From an uncultured Alphaproteobacteria bacterium (GTDB taxonomy: Bacteria > Pseudomonadota > Alphaproteobacteria > HIMB59 > GCA-002718135), in the NCBI GenBank assembly GCA_902553005.1, contig CACDIK010000002.1:19615-83614 (forward strand): a stretch of DNA of 64,000 nt. The letters are read 5' to 3'. This document shows positions 39,466 to 48,823 of the stretch, one piece after another. Each line of letters opens with the position of its first letter. Positions within the stretch are counted from its first letter, which is position 1. The translations under genes and the position numbers were made by a program. The notes beneath the pieces were generated by a model. That model made no database searches. It saw nothing but the letters and a program-made list of their open reading frames with translations, and was not told the DNA's origin.

Positions 39466-40752
39466 GTGAGAAAAATTTTAATTATAACTTTCCTATTTTT
39501 TTCCCAAAAAGCATACGCAGATTTGAAAATCAATTATCCTTATCAAGTTTTTATACAATCTGATGAATTGATTAATAATATAAAATTTTATCAATCTTCA
39601 AAATATCCATTTATATGTAATCAAGATGATGATGATTTCGATAATGATGTGGTCTCAATTAAAAACACAGCGTTTAAAGAATCATTAAAGCTGTCTTTTA
39701 ACAAAACGTTTACTGATTGGGATACCATGGATGAATTTTCATCAAAAATGGTAGAGTTTTCGTTGGCAACCTGCAAGACAATGTTGTTTGGGTCTGATGC
39801 AGAAAAAGAAGAATTATTAAACTTTATAATTGAAATTTCAAAACTAGAAAAATTTTATTCAATTACTCCTGAGTGGGTTATGGATCATAGTGGGCCATTT
39901 TGGTTTGCAAGACACGTTCCTCCTGTTTTATTTGCCTGGAGCTATGTAAGGGATATGGCTGATGAAAAAGAACAAAGGCAAATTAATGAATGGGTTGAGG
40001 GTTTATACAACAAACTAATTGTTGATGATAATTGCCTAGAATGGAGGGCAGGTTCCTGTTTTGCCAACCATGCTTACAATGTTCGTAATGCATTAATAGC
40101 TATGTCAATAATGCTAAATGATGAAGAAAAGTTTAATCATAATGTAGATGCTTTTTTTAAAGTATTAGAATTAAATATTAGAAAAGACGGTCTTTTAGAG
40201 AATGAATTAAGAAGAGGGCATTGTAGTTCTCATTATCATATGTTTGCTTTTAGTGCGATCTTTGGCATTTTACAAAATCTGAAAACCCAGGGGTATGACT
40301 ACTACAACAAAGAGCTGTACAATGGTTTTGAAATTAAAGATATACTGGATGTAGCAATAAATAAATTTCTTATTTATCCAAAAAAATATTTATCTACTGT
40401 CAAAGATCCTTATGCAATAACAACATGTCCTACAAAAGGTCAAGAATTTGTATATGAGTTTGAGCAAACAGATTTTTTTGCTACTGCTCACTATGGTTTT
40501 GTGTCTTTATTTCAGAGTAATGTTGAGGATTCAGAAAAAATTGATTTTTCAAATATAAAAAAATTACAAATCACATGGGATAAAAAAGTTGGTAACGACC
40601 CAAAGTATTTTTATGAAGATTATAACGAAAATGGAAAAGAAGACTCGTTATATTACAATGTCTATGATGTTACAAAAGGTATGTATTATCACTCTTGGGG
40701 AAACGCAGTGTATGGTGGTAACCCAATATTACTTTCTAAAATAAATTTTTAA
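39466..40752 (+). CDS. Secreted alginate-lyase-like protein (PL5/AlgL-type alpha/alpha toroid)
   Basis: Signal peptide ending AYA; ANHAY resembles the AlgL NNHSYW motif and ELRRG...HYHMF resembles the ELxR...YH motif. Confidence 0.6.
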   Translation: MRKILIITFLFFSQKAYADLKINYPYQVFIQSDELINNIKFYQSSKYPFICNQDDDDFDNDVVSIKNTAFKESLKLSFNKTFTDWDTMDEFSSKMVEFSLATCKTMLFGSDAEKEELLNFIIEISKLEKFYSITPEWVMDHSGPFWFARHVPPVLFAWSYVRDMADEKEQRQINEWVEGLYNKLIVDDNCLEWRAGSCFANHAYNVRNALIAMSIMLNDEEKFNHNVDAFFKVLELNIRKDGLLENELRRGHCSSHYHMFAFSAIFGILQNLKTQGYDYYNKELYNGFEIKDILDVAINKFLIYPKKYLSTVKDPYAITTCPTKGQEFVYEFEQTDFFATAHYGFVSLFQSNVEDSEKIDFSNIKKLQITWDKKVGNDPKYFYEDYNENGKEDSLYYNVYDVTKGMYYHSWGNAVYGGNPILLSKINF

Positions 40753-40759
40753 TATTAAT

Positions 40760-42199
40760 TTATTCTAACCAATCAACCCACTTATTAACCTGTTCTGGTT
40801 TTAAAATATCAAACCGCATGTTTCCTTTGTTAAGGAGAAAAATATTTGCGCTCCTTGTGTCTTGAACCATTGCCGAACACATCGCGTCCATCAAGCCGTC
40901 ACTATTAACATCAATAAGAATGCTTTTGTTGCAGTAGGTGTTCCAAGGGTGTGAGTGCTCATCTTTAACCATCGAGCCCCATTCCTTTGGATCTTGCCAT
41001 TCATCAAGTGGTTTTAAATGGATGTTGTTATCAGAAAGCTCTAACTTTCCATTTATATTTTCATAAACAACCCAAGAGGATGCCGAATAAAAAGGACCAA
41101 CAACGGAGCTTATAATATCAACGTCTCCATCGTTATCAAAATCAAAAGAGGTCATTTCTGCAACAGTTGAAAAAATAAAATTGCCGTCTTTTGCAGGTTT
41201 TAGCTTTTGGGCAATCTTAAATTTTCCCGTTCCATCACCGTGCATTAATATTGTTTTTTGTACAGATTTATCAGACCATTTTTGAGGGGAGTATTTGGCA
41301 TATTTAGGATTATAAAAATCGTGTGATGATATGATATCTAGAAAACCATCGTTATTAAAATCACCTGTTGTTATAGAATGACCACCATGTTTAGTGCATA
41401 AAACTGCGTTGAAGTTTCCTTCTCCATCATTAAAGTGGCATACTGTGCCTTTAAATTCAGAAGTAATAACATCAACATCACCATCATTATCTATGTCTCC
41501 AGCATCTGACCCATGAGAAAACCCTAGATAAAGATCGTGTTCTTTGTCTGTTAAATAACCTGTATGTTTTGATTTTACCCAGCTAAAAGATTTTTCAGAA
41601 ATAAGAACATGGTTTGGGCTTTCATAACTGAAATTTCCATCTATTAATTGAACTGAGGCGTTTGGATGGAATATATCATCTATATTATCTCCGTTGAAAT
41701 CATCGACGATCATTCTTTGAAGAGAGCTTGCATAACCAGCCTCGTTTGATCCATTATACTTAAAGAAATTAGGGTTTTTTATTTTGTTGAATGTAAAACC
41801 GCTTGTTATTAGATATGGTAGAACAGGGTTATAAAGTGCGTTTCCATTGGCACAACCTTGTCTTCCTTCTGACTGAGTAAAGTTTCCTGTTGTGCCGCCG
41901 GTACCACACCTGTGTCCTGCACCAAAACCAAGATAGTCTAGTTTATTATCTCCATTCCAATCACCAAAAGCTGATCCAGATTTATAAAAAATTCCTTTGT
42001 CCGAGTTGATATTTTTTTTAAACCATGAGTTGCTGGGTAAAACATACTTTCCGTTTTGGTTTTTAAGTGTTTCGTCTATAAAATGTCCTGAAAGGGTAAT
42101 ACCTAGTTTACTAGCACTTTCTCTAAATTCATTTGCTTGAACGTTTGAGAAAAAAAATAGAGTTAAAAAGAGAAATGTTAATAATTTTTTAGGAAACAC
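40760..42199 (-). CDS. Secreted FG-GAP/VCBS-repeat beta-propeller protein
   Basis: Signal peptide ending VQA; six Ca-blade motifs: DWNGDNKLD, DFNGDNIDD, DIDNDGDVD, DFNNDGFLD, DFDNDGDVD, DVNSDGLMD. Confidence 0.85.
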   Translation of the reverse strand: MFPKKLLTFLFLTLFFFSNVQANEFRESASKLGITLSGHFIDETLKNQNGKYVLPSNSWFKKNINSDKGIFYKSGSAFGDWNGDNKLDYLGFGAGHRCGTGGTTGNFTQSEGRQGCANGNALYNPVLPYLITSGFTFNKIKNPNFFKYNGSNEAGYASSLQRMIVDDFNGDNIDDIFHPNASVQLIDGNFSYESPNHVLISEKSFSWVKSKHTGYLTDKEHDLYLGFSHGSDAGDIDNDGDVDVITSEFKGTVCHFNDGEGNFNAVLCTKHGGHSITTGDFNNDGFLDIISSHDFYNPKYAKYSPQKWSDKSVQKTILMHGDGTGKFKIAQKLKPAKDGNFIFSTVAEMTSFDFDNDGDVDIISSVVGPFYSASSWVVYENINGKLELSDNNIHLKPLDEWQDPKEWGSMVKDEHSHPWNTYCNKSILIDVNSDGLMDAMCSAMVQDTRSANIFLLNKGNMRFDILKPEQVNKWVDWLE

Positions 42200-42248
42200 A
42201 ATTTTTTTTTATTGGAAAAAAATAGAAAAAAAAAGAGAATTTTTAAAT

Positions 42249-43505
42249 TTATTTTGTTCCCATGCTTTGGAAGAACTCACTATTGGTTTTTGTATTTTTC
42301 ATTTTATCTAACAAGAACTCCATCGCTTCTGTACTTCCCATTGGGGCTAGTATTTTTCTTAAAATAAAGATTTTTCCAAGCTCGTCTTTATCAAGTAATA
42401 GTTCTTCTTTTCTTGTTCCTGACTTACCAATATCAAAAGCTGGATAAGTTCTTTTTTGACTAAGTTTTCTATCTAGAACCATTTCACTATTACCAGTACC
42501 TTTAAATTCTTCAAATATAACTTCATCCATTCTGCTTCCTGTATCTATTAAAGCAGTGGCAATAATTGTAAGTGATCCACCTTTTTCTACGTTCCTTGCA
42601 GCTCCAAAAAATCTTTTTGGTCTTTGTAATGCATTGGCATCAACACCACCTGTTAATACTTTTCCACTAGATGGAACAACAGTGTTGTAAGCTCTTCCAA
42701 GCCTAGTGATTGAATCAAGAAGGATTACAACATCATGTTTATATTCAACTAGTCTTTTAGCTTTTTCAATTACCATTTCAGCAACCTGAACGTGACGAGA
42801 TGCAGGCTCATCAAAGGTTGAACTAATTACCTCACCCTTAACTGATCTTTGCATATCAGTAACTTCTTCTGGTCTTTCATCAATTAACAAAACAATCAGT
42901 TTAGCGTCTGGACTATTAGCAGTAATAGCATTAGCAATTTTTTGCATAATTATTGTTTTACCAGTGAAAGGTTGTGCTACGATTAATTGTCTTTGTCCTT
43001 TTCCAAGAGGGGCAATAATATCAATTATTCTTTCTGTATTATCTGGCATAGGTTTTTCTTGCTCAAGTTTGAACCTTGCTTCAGGATACAACGGTGTTAA
43101 ATCTTCAAAGTTAACCCTGTTCTTAACTAAATCAGTTTCTTGACCATTTATTTTGTTAATTTTAGTTATGGCAAAATATCTTTCTCCTTGCTTTGGAGAT
43201 CTTATTTCACCTTCAACGCTGTCACCTGTTCTTAAGCTAAATTTTTTAATTTGAGATGGAGAAATATAAATATCATCTGGCCCTGGAAGATAGTTTGATT
43301 CTGAAGACCTTAAAAAGCCGAAACCATCTTGCATAATTTCAATAACCCCTAAACCAGTAATAATTTCACCTTCTTCAGCAATTGTTTTTAGAATTGCAAA
43401 CATCAAATCTTGTTTTCTAAGAGAAGAAGGGTTTTCTATACCAAGCTTATCTGCTTGTTTTAAAAGCTCTTGGGGTTCTTTTCCTTTTAATTCCTGTAAA
43501 TTCAT
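42249..43505 (-). CDS. rho: Transcription termination factor Rho
   Basis: [48 protein letters not shown]. Confidence 0.98.
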   Translation of the reverse strand: MNLQELKGKEPQELLKQADKLGIENPSSLRKQDLMFAILKTIAEEGEIITGLGVIEIMQDGFGFLRSSESNYLPGPDDIYISPSQIKKFSLRTGDSVEGEIRSPKQGERYFAITKINKINGQETDLVKNRVNFEDLTPLYPEARFKLEQEKPMPDNTERIIDIIAPLGKGQRQLIVAQPFTGKTIIMQKIANAITANSPDAKLIVLLIDERPEEVTDMQRSVKGEVISSTFDEPASRHVQVAEMVIEKAKRLVEYKHDVVILLDSITRLGRAYNTVVPSSGKVLTGGVDANALQRPKRFFGAARNVEKGGSLTIIATALIDTGSRMDEVIFEEFKGTGNSEMVLDRKLSQKRTYPAFDIGKSGTRKEELLLDKDELGKIFILRKILAPMGSTEAMEFLLDKMKNTKTNSEFFQSMGTK

Positions 43506-43933
43506 AATGTTGTTGGGGTAGTTTAGAAATGAAATATTTTAATAATCAAAATTGAAGTTAATGTCAAAATAATAATAAATATATAATTTATATATTTAAT
43601 TGTAGTATTAGTTGTAAGGTTAAAAAGCTTAATTACTGCTTTATTATTACACCATTCTTTATTTACCAACATATGAATAACAAACCTAACAAATATGTTA
43701 ATTTAAAGAATTTTGAAAAAAATTATTATTTTTAAATAATTTGCGATACAATAAATCTATAATAACTTGTTATTAATTTTGTATAATAAATATATTAACA
43801 ACCACCCTATAATATTTAGACAAGTTATTAAGTTGTTAACAACACATTTTTAAAACAAAAGAACTATTTCTTAAATTCAAATTATATTTAATAGTGTTTA
43901 TAACTATAATTTTTATTAACACATTTATGCACC
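43506..43933. other. Candidate replication origin (oriC)
   Basis: AT-rich gap between divergent rho and maf, where oriC lies in many alphaproteobacteria; DnaA-box-like 9-mers (TTACCAACA 43663, ATATTAACA 43792, TTGTTAACA 43833, TTATTAACA 43913, TTATGCACC 43925); trio-like TAGTATTAGTTG at 43603; parS/parAB nearby. Confidence 0.6.
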
Positions 43934-44517
43934 AAAAATTTATACTAGCTAGTTCAAGCAAATCTAGATACAAAATATTAAAAAACGCAGGATTAAACTT
44001 CACACAAAAAAAACCAAATTGCAACGAAGAGGATATTAAAAAAACTATTAATAGAAAAACAAAACCTGAGATTTTTGCAAAAAAACTTTCTTATGAAAAA
44101 GCAAGAAGTGTAAGTATAAAAAAATTGTATGCTAATAAGATTGTTTTGGGCTGTGATACAGTCATTTATCACAATGGAAAAATTTTAGATAAAGTAAACT
44201 CTATTGATAAGGCCAAAAAAAAAATCAAGTCTTTATCAGGAAAGGAACACCTAATAGTATCAGGTCTAACTATTTGTTTGAACGGCTACAAGATTTGGGA
44301 AAATTACGAAAAAACTCATGTTAAAATAAGAAAACTTAATAACAATGAAATAAATACATATCTAAAAAAAACAGGCAAACAAATACTAAGCTCCGTAGGG
44401 TGTTATCAAATAGAAAGTTTAGGACCAAATATTATTGAGAGCATAAAGGGGGATTATTTTAATGTTATGGGATTACCTTTATTTAATTTACTAGATTATT
44501 TATATTCAAAAAAATGA
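43927..44517 (+). CDS. maf: Maf family nucleoside triphosphate pyrophosphatase
   Basis: ILASSSKSR, LGCDT, LSGKEH, GCYQIE, GDYFNVMGLP; ATG 43927. Confidence 0.93.
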   Translation: MHQKFILASSSKSRYKILKNAGLNFTQKKPNCNEEDIKKTINRKTKPEIFAKKLSYEKARSVSIKKLYANKIVLGCDTVIYHNGKILDKVNSIDKAKKKIKSLSGKEHLIVSGLTICLNGYKIWENYEKTHVKIRKLNNNEINTYLKKTGKQILSSVGCYQIESLGPNIIESIKGDYFNVMGLPLFNLLDYLYSKK

Positions 44518-45299
44518 AAAAACTTTACGTAGTTGGGAACAAAGCATCTAAAAGTCTTTCACCAACAATATTTAACTATTGGTTTAAAAAATATAACATT
44601 AAAGCAAGATACGGGTATTTAGAGCTTACAGAAAAAAACTTTCATAATAAAATAAAAGATGTTTTGGAAAAAAAAGATACGCTTGGTTTAAATGTTACCA
44701 TTCCATTTAAAAACAAAATTATAAAACATCTTGGCAAAATAGACGCTCATGCAAAAAAAATTGGTGCAGTAAATTGTGTAACAAATAAAAAAACTATAAG
44801 TGGAACGAATACTGATTGGACAGGGTATTACAAAACCCTACCAAACATAAAAAAAACTAAAAATAGAAAAGTTATTATTTTGGGTTATGGAGGCGCATCA
44901 CACGCTATTCACTATGTTTTAAAGAAGAGGGGTTTTAAGGATATTTTAATTTTCAATAGATCTAAGAAAAAAATTAAATATTCAAAAAACACTGAGTATA
45001 CAAAAAAATATAGTGATCTTCAAACACACCTTGAAGGAGTTTTTTTAATAATTAATACTACACCAATAAACCCTGTGTTGAAAAAACACTTAAAACTTAT
45101 TACCAAATCCACAATTGTAAGCGACATTGTTTACAGCCCAAAAAAAACTTCGTTTCTCAAACAGTTTCCGAAGAATAAAAAAATTTATGGAATATCAATG
45201 TTGATAGAACAGGCCAAACCGTGTTTTAAGATGTGGTTTGGTAAAAACCCATCTGTAGATGCAAAAATGCTTAAGGCTATTTATAAAAAAATTAAATGA
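44514..45299 (+). CDS. aroE: Shikimate dehydrogenase
   Basis: SLSP, NVTIPFK, GAVNC, NTDW, GYGGAS, DIVYSP. Confidence 0.95.
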   Translation: MKKLYVVGNKASKSLSPTIFNYWFKKYNIKARYGYLELTEKNFHNKIKDVLEKKDTLGLNVTIPFKNKIIKHLGKIDAHAKKIGAVNCVTNKKTISGTNTDWTGYYKTLPNIKKTKNRKVIILGYGGASHAIHYVLKKRGFKDILIFNRSKKKIKYSKNTEYTKKYSDLQTHLEGVFLIINTTPINPVLKKHLKLITKSTIVSDIVYSPKKTSFLKQFPKNKKIYGISMLIEQAKPCFKMWFGKNPSVDAKMLKAIYKKIK

Positions 45300-45886
45300 C
45301 AAAAACCATAGCAATAACAGGTGGCATAGGGTCAGGTAAATCAACCTTTTGTAGTAAATTAAAAGAAAAAGGATTTAAAATTCACAGCTCAGATGAGCAG
45401 GTGGCTAAAATATATAAAAACCCTGAAAAAAAATTTCTTACTTATTTACACACCATAGGGTTATCTAAGTCTATTTCAAAAAAAAACATAGATAAAAAAA
45501 TTATATCAAAGATTATTTTTGAAAACAAACAGATAAGAAAAAAGCTTGAGTTATACATATTTAAAATAGTTAGAAAAAAGAGGTCTGATTTTATAAAAAA
45601 AGAAAAAAGAAAAAAAACAAGATTAATATTTATTGATATACCATTATTATTTGAAAACAATTTAGAGAAACAGTTCAGCATAGTAATATCAATAATAGCC
45701 TCCAAACCAGTAAGGCTAAAAAGATTAAAAAAAACAAGAAAAATGAGTGAAAACCAATTTAAGAATATAATCCGATCTCAAACATCAGACATTATAAGAA
45801 AAAAGAAATCTGATTATGTTATTTATAACAACTCGACATTAAAGGATTATAAAATTAAGATTAATAAGCTAATAAGTAAACTTTAG
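45296..45886 (+). CDS. coaE: Dephospho-CoA kinase
   Basis: ITGGIGSGKST, DIPLLFE, DYVIYN. Confidence 0.95.
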   Translation: MTKTIAITGGIGSGKSTFCSKLKEKGFKIHSSDEQVAKIYKNPEKKFLTYLHTIGLSKSISKKNIDKKIISKIIFENKQIRKKLELYIFKIVRKKRSDFIKKEKRKKTRLIFIDIPLLFENNLEKQFSIVISIIASKPVRLKRLKKTRKMSENQFKNIIRSQTSDIIRKKKSDYVIYNNSTLKDYKIKINKLISKL

Positions 45887-45894
45887 TTAAAACA

Positions 45895-46569
45895 ATGAGA
45901 GAAATAGTAATTGATACAGAAACCACGGGCCTTGATTATAAGACTGGTGACAGAATAATAGAAGTTGGTTGTGTGGAACTCAAAAATTTTATTCCTACAG
46001 GAAACACACTCCAATTTTATTGCAAACCAGACAGAAGTATAAGCGAAGGGGCAAAAAATATCGTAGGTCTTTCAGATGATTTTCTTAATCAACAAAAACC
46101 ATTTGAAGAAAACCATAAAGAGCTCTTAAATTTTTTGAAAAAAGACACATTGATAATTCACAATGCATCATTTGATTTAGGTTTTATAAATAATGAGCTA
46201 TCAATCTTAGGATTACCTCATTTAGATAATCCAGTAGTTGATACAGTTTCTCTTGCAAGAGAAGTTCTAAATACAAGAATAGCTAACCTCGACTATTTGT
46301 GTAGAAGATTTAACATTGATTTATCAGATAGATCATTTCACGGAGCCTTACTTGACTCCCAACTTCTAGCCGCAGTTTATTTAGAGTTAAGAGGAGGTAA
46401 GCAATTTTCTATGGAGCTGAATTCAAACATTGATGAAAAAAACACACAAATTACCAACAAAAATGAAACAAAAACCAAAATAATAGAAGTTAATAAAGAA
46501 GATTATCTTGCCCATAAAGAAATGTTAAAAAAACTAAAAAACCCCCTCTGGAAAAAATTTAACTATTAA
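45895..46569 (+). CDS. dnaQ: DNA polymerase III epsilon subunit
   Basis: DTETTG, HNASFD, HGALLD, LRGGKQ. Confidence 0.96.
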   Translation: MREIVIDTETTGLDYKTGDRIIEVGCVELKNFIPTGNTLQFYCKPDRSISEGAKNIVGLSDDFLNQQKPFEENHKELLNFLKKDTLIIHNASFDLGFINNELSILGLPHLDNPVVDTVSLAREVLNTRIANLDYLCRRFNIDLSDRSFHGALLDSQLLAAVYLELRGGKQFSMELNSNIDEKNTQITNKNETKTKIIEVNKEDYLAHKEMLKKLKNPLWKKFNY

Positions 46570-46599
46570 TATTTAAAAAAGTTATTATATTAAAATCAA

Positions 46600-47181
46600 A
46601 TGATTTACGGCGACCTTCAATTTTTTGATATTCTAATTTTTGCAGCTATTGCTGGTTTTATTATTTATAGATTGAGGAGTGTTCTAGGGAAAAGAACAGG
46701 GTTTCAAAAAAATATTTCAGAACCAAAACCTCAAGAAACCAAAAAACAAGAAGATATTCAAAAAATACCATCACTAATGGATAATGAGACAAAGCTTGAG
46801 GCTGTATATAAAAAAGTAAATAATTTTAATCACAGAGAGTTTCTTGAAGGTGCCAAGAAAGCCTTTGAAATCATAATTTCATCTTTCAACAATGGAGATA
46901 AAAAAACACTGAAAAATCTTGTGTCTAAAGATGTTTATTCTGCTTTTGAAAAAGCGATTGATGAAAAAACAAACAATCCAGAATCACAATTTTATTCACT
47001 TATTGTAGAGGGTATCGCAGATGCGAAAGTAGAAAAGGACACAATATCAATATCGGTCAATTTTATTAGTGAACAGATGTTAAATAATGATGAGGGTTCT
47101 ATTGTTAAAAATAAAGACACCTGGACTTTTGAAAAACCAGTAAACTCTACTAGTCCTATATGGATATTAACGCAAACTTAA
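46600..47181 (+). CDS. Tim44/TimA domain protein
   Basis: RLRSVLGKRTG, FLEGAKKAFE, FISEQ, DTWTF. Confidence 0.9.
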   Translation: MIYGDLQFFDILIFAAIAGFIIYRLRSVLGKRTGFQKNISEPKPQETKKQEDIQKIPSLMDNETKLEAVYKKVNNFNHREFLEGAKKAFEIIISSFNNGDKKTLKNLVSKDVYSAFEKAIDEKTNNPESQFYSLIVEGIADAKVEKDTISISVNFISEQMLNNDEGSIVKNKDTWTFEKPVNSTSPIWILTQT

Positions 47182-47184
47182 TAT

Positions 47185-47613
47185 TTGTCTTTTAAAGAAC
47201 TCAAAGACCGAATTAAAAAAAACGAGGGTTATTCTGACAAGCCTTATCAAGATCAATTAGGGTTTTATACTATTGGTTATGGTCATCTTATTACAGAAAA
47301 AGATAATAAATATTACATTAAAAAATTTAAAAAAAAATATTTTGAAGAATTGTTTGAGATAGACTTTAATAAAGCACACGAACAATACAAAAAAAAATTT
47401 TTTAAAAAAGGCCACACAACTTCAGAGGAGGAGTTATTAATAGAAATGATTTTTCAACTTGGAGCAAAAGGTGTCTCTAAATTTAAGAAAATGCTCTATT
47501 TTCTAAACAAAAAACAAAAATTCATGGCATCACTAGAGATGTTAGACAGTTTGTGGTATTTGCAAACACCGGAAAGAGTAAAGAATTTAATAAAAAACTA
47601 TACAAAAAAATAA
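47185..47613 (+). CDS. T4-type (GH24) lysozyme
   Basis: NEG...YQD...YTIGYGH (E-x8-D-x5-T triad), MIFQLG, WYLQTPERV (T4 lysozyme has WYNQTPNRA); no signal peptide. Confidence 0.85.
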   Translation: MSFKELKDRIKKNEGYSDKPYQDQLGFYTIGYGHLITEKDNKYYIKKFKKKYFEELFEIDFNKAHEQYKKKFFKKGHTTSEEELLIEMIFQLGAKGVSKFKKMLYFLNKKQKFMASLEMLDSLWYLQTPERVKNLIKNYTKK

Positions 47614-48152
47614 TGGATGAAGATTTTTTTCTAAAAAATATGAAAGGTGTAAAACCTTTTAAAAAAGATACCTCTATAGTTAAAACGAAAACAACTAATA
47701 AAAAAAATGTAAAATTAGATAAAAAAACTAATACTAAAAATACCAGCAAAAAAACAATAACTGAACACAAAGTTAGTAGCTCAGAGTTTAAATTATCATT
47801 TGGTGAGGTTAATAAGGAGCTTAAGAGAGGAAAAATTAATATAGACAGAAGAATTGATCTTCATGGATACGGTTTACTCGAAGCGCATGAAAAATTTATA
47901 AGTGAGGTGAAAAAAAATTATAACAAGAATAAAAGATGTTTGCTTATAATTACTGGAAAGGGTGTTCATAAAAAAAATCAAAATGAGCAAGACACAAACC
48001 CTAAACTTTTCTATGGAAAGATTAAAAACTCAATAATAAACTGGATAAACGAAGACAATCTTAAGAAATATATCCTAACATATCAAGATGCGGGTTTTGA
48101 ACATGGGGGTGACGGAGCTCTTTTTGTCTATTTAAGAAAAAAAAAGCTTTAA
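47613..48152 (+). CDS. Smr/MutS2 C-terminal domain protein
   Basis: IDLHG, LIITGKG, HGGDGALFVYL; ATG 47613 overlaps the lysozyme TAA. Confidence 0.92.
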   Translation: MDEDFFLKNMKGVKPFKKDTSIVKTKTTNKKNVKLDKKTNTKNTSKKTITEHKVSSSEFKLSFGEVNKELKRGKINIDRRIDLHGYGLLEAHEKFISEVKKNYNKNKRCLLIITGKGVHKKNQNEQDTNPKLFYGKIKNSIINWINEDNLKKYILTYQDAGFEHGGDGALFVYLRKKKL

Positions 48153-48823
48153 ATTCTTTCTAACTTAAATACCCTTTTTTTGAAATGAATAAGAATTTCA
48201 TATGGAAGTAAATCATCTTTAACTAAAAATTCAATTTTTTTTAAATCATTTCTTTTATGGTCAGCCCAAATATTTACATAGTCTTCAATTTCTAAAATTA
48301 TATTTCCGTCCTCACTTTTGTTTTGTTTAAGTGTGTAAATTCTTCTCCCATCAATTGTTTTTGCCTCATTTTCTCCATGTAAAATATTTATAAAAGAGGT
48401 AATTGGGTCAAAATATAAATATAACTCTTCTAGGTCTACTCTAGCTATTTCTTCTTCTATAGGCTCTTGTTTTAATTCAATTAAATAATCATCAAAAGAC
48501 ATTTTAACTATTTTTGTTTTCTTATTAGTTTTCCAAAACTGTTTATAATTTTGGGTCTTAAATATGTTGTTTTCAATAACCCCAGTTGAAAGATAACTTC
48601 CTTCAAATTTATATAAAGGTGAAAAAATGCCAGAATTTTTCAAATTAATTTCTGTTTGATAAATATTATCATTAATATTTAATGACCAACTAAAATTACC
48701 AATTTTTATTCCTGTTGTGCTGACTTTATATTCTGCACTAAAATTATTTGCATAGGATGTGTTAATTACAAATATAATAAAAAATACTAGAAATTTATTC
48801 AAACACAACCTCGTAAACATCAA
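48149..48823 (-). CDS. DUF3108-like exported protein
   Basis: Signal peptide, YKVSTTGIKIG, DPITS, IDGRRIY. Confidence 0.5.
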   Translation of the reverse strand: MMFTRLCLNKFLVFFIIFVINTSYANNFSAEYKVSTTGIKIGNFSWSLNINDNIYQTEINLKNSGIFSPLYKFEGSYLSTGVIENNIFKTQNYKQFWKTNKKTKIVKMSFDDYLIELKQEPIEEEIARVDLEELYLYFDPITSFINILHGENEAKTIDGRRIYTLKQNKSEDGNIILEIEDYVNIWADHKRNDLKKIEFLVKDDLLPYEILIHFKKRVFKLERI

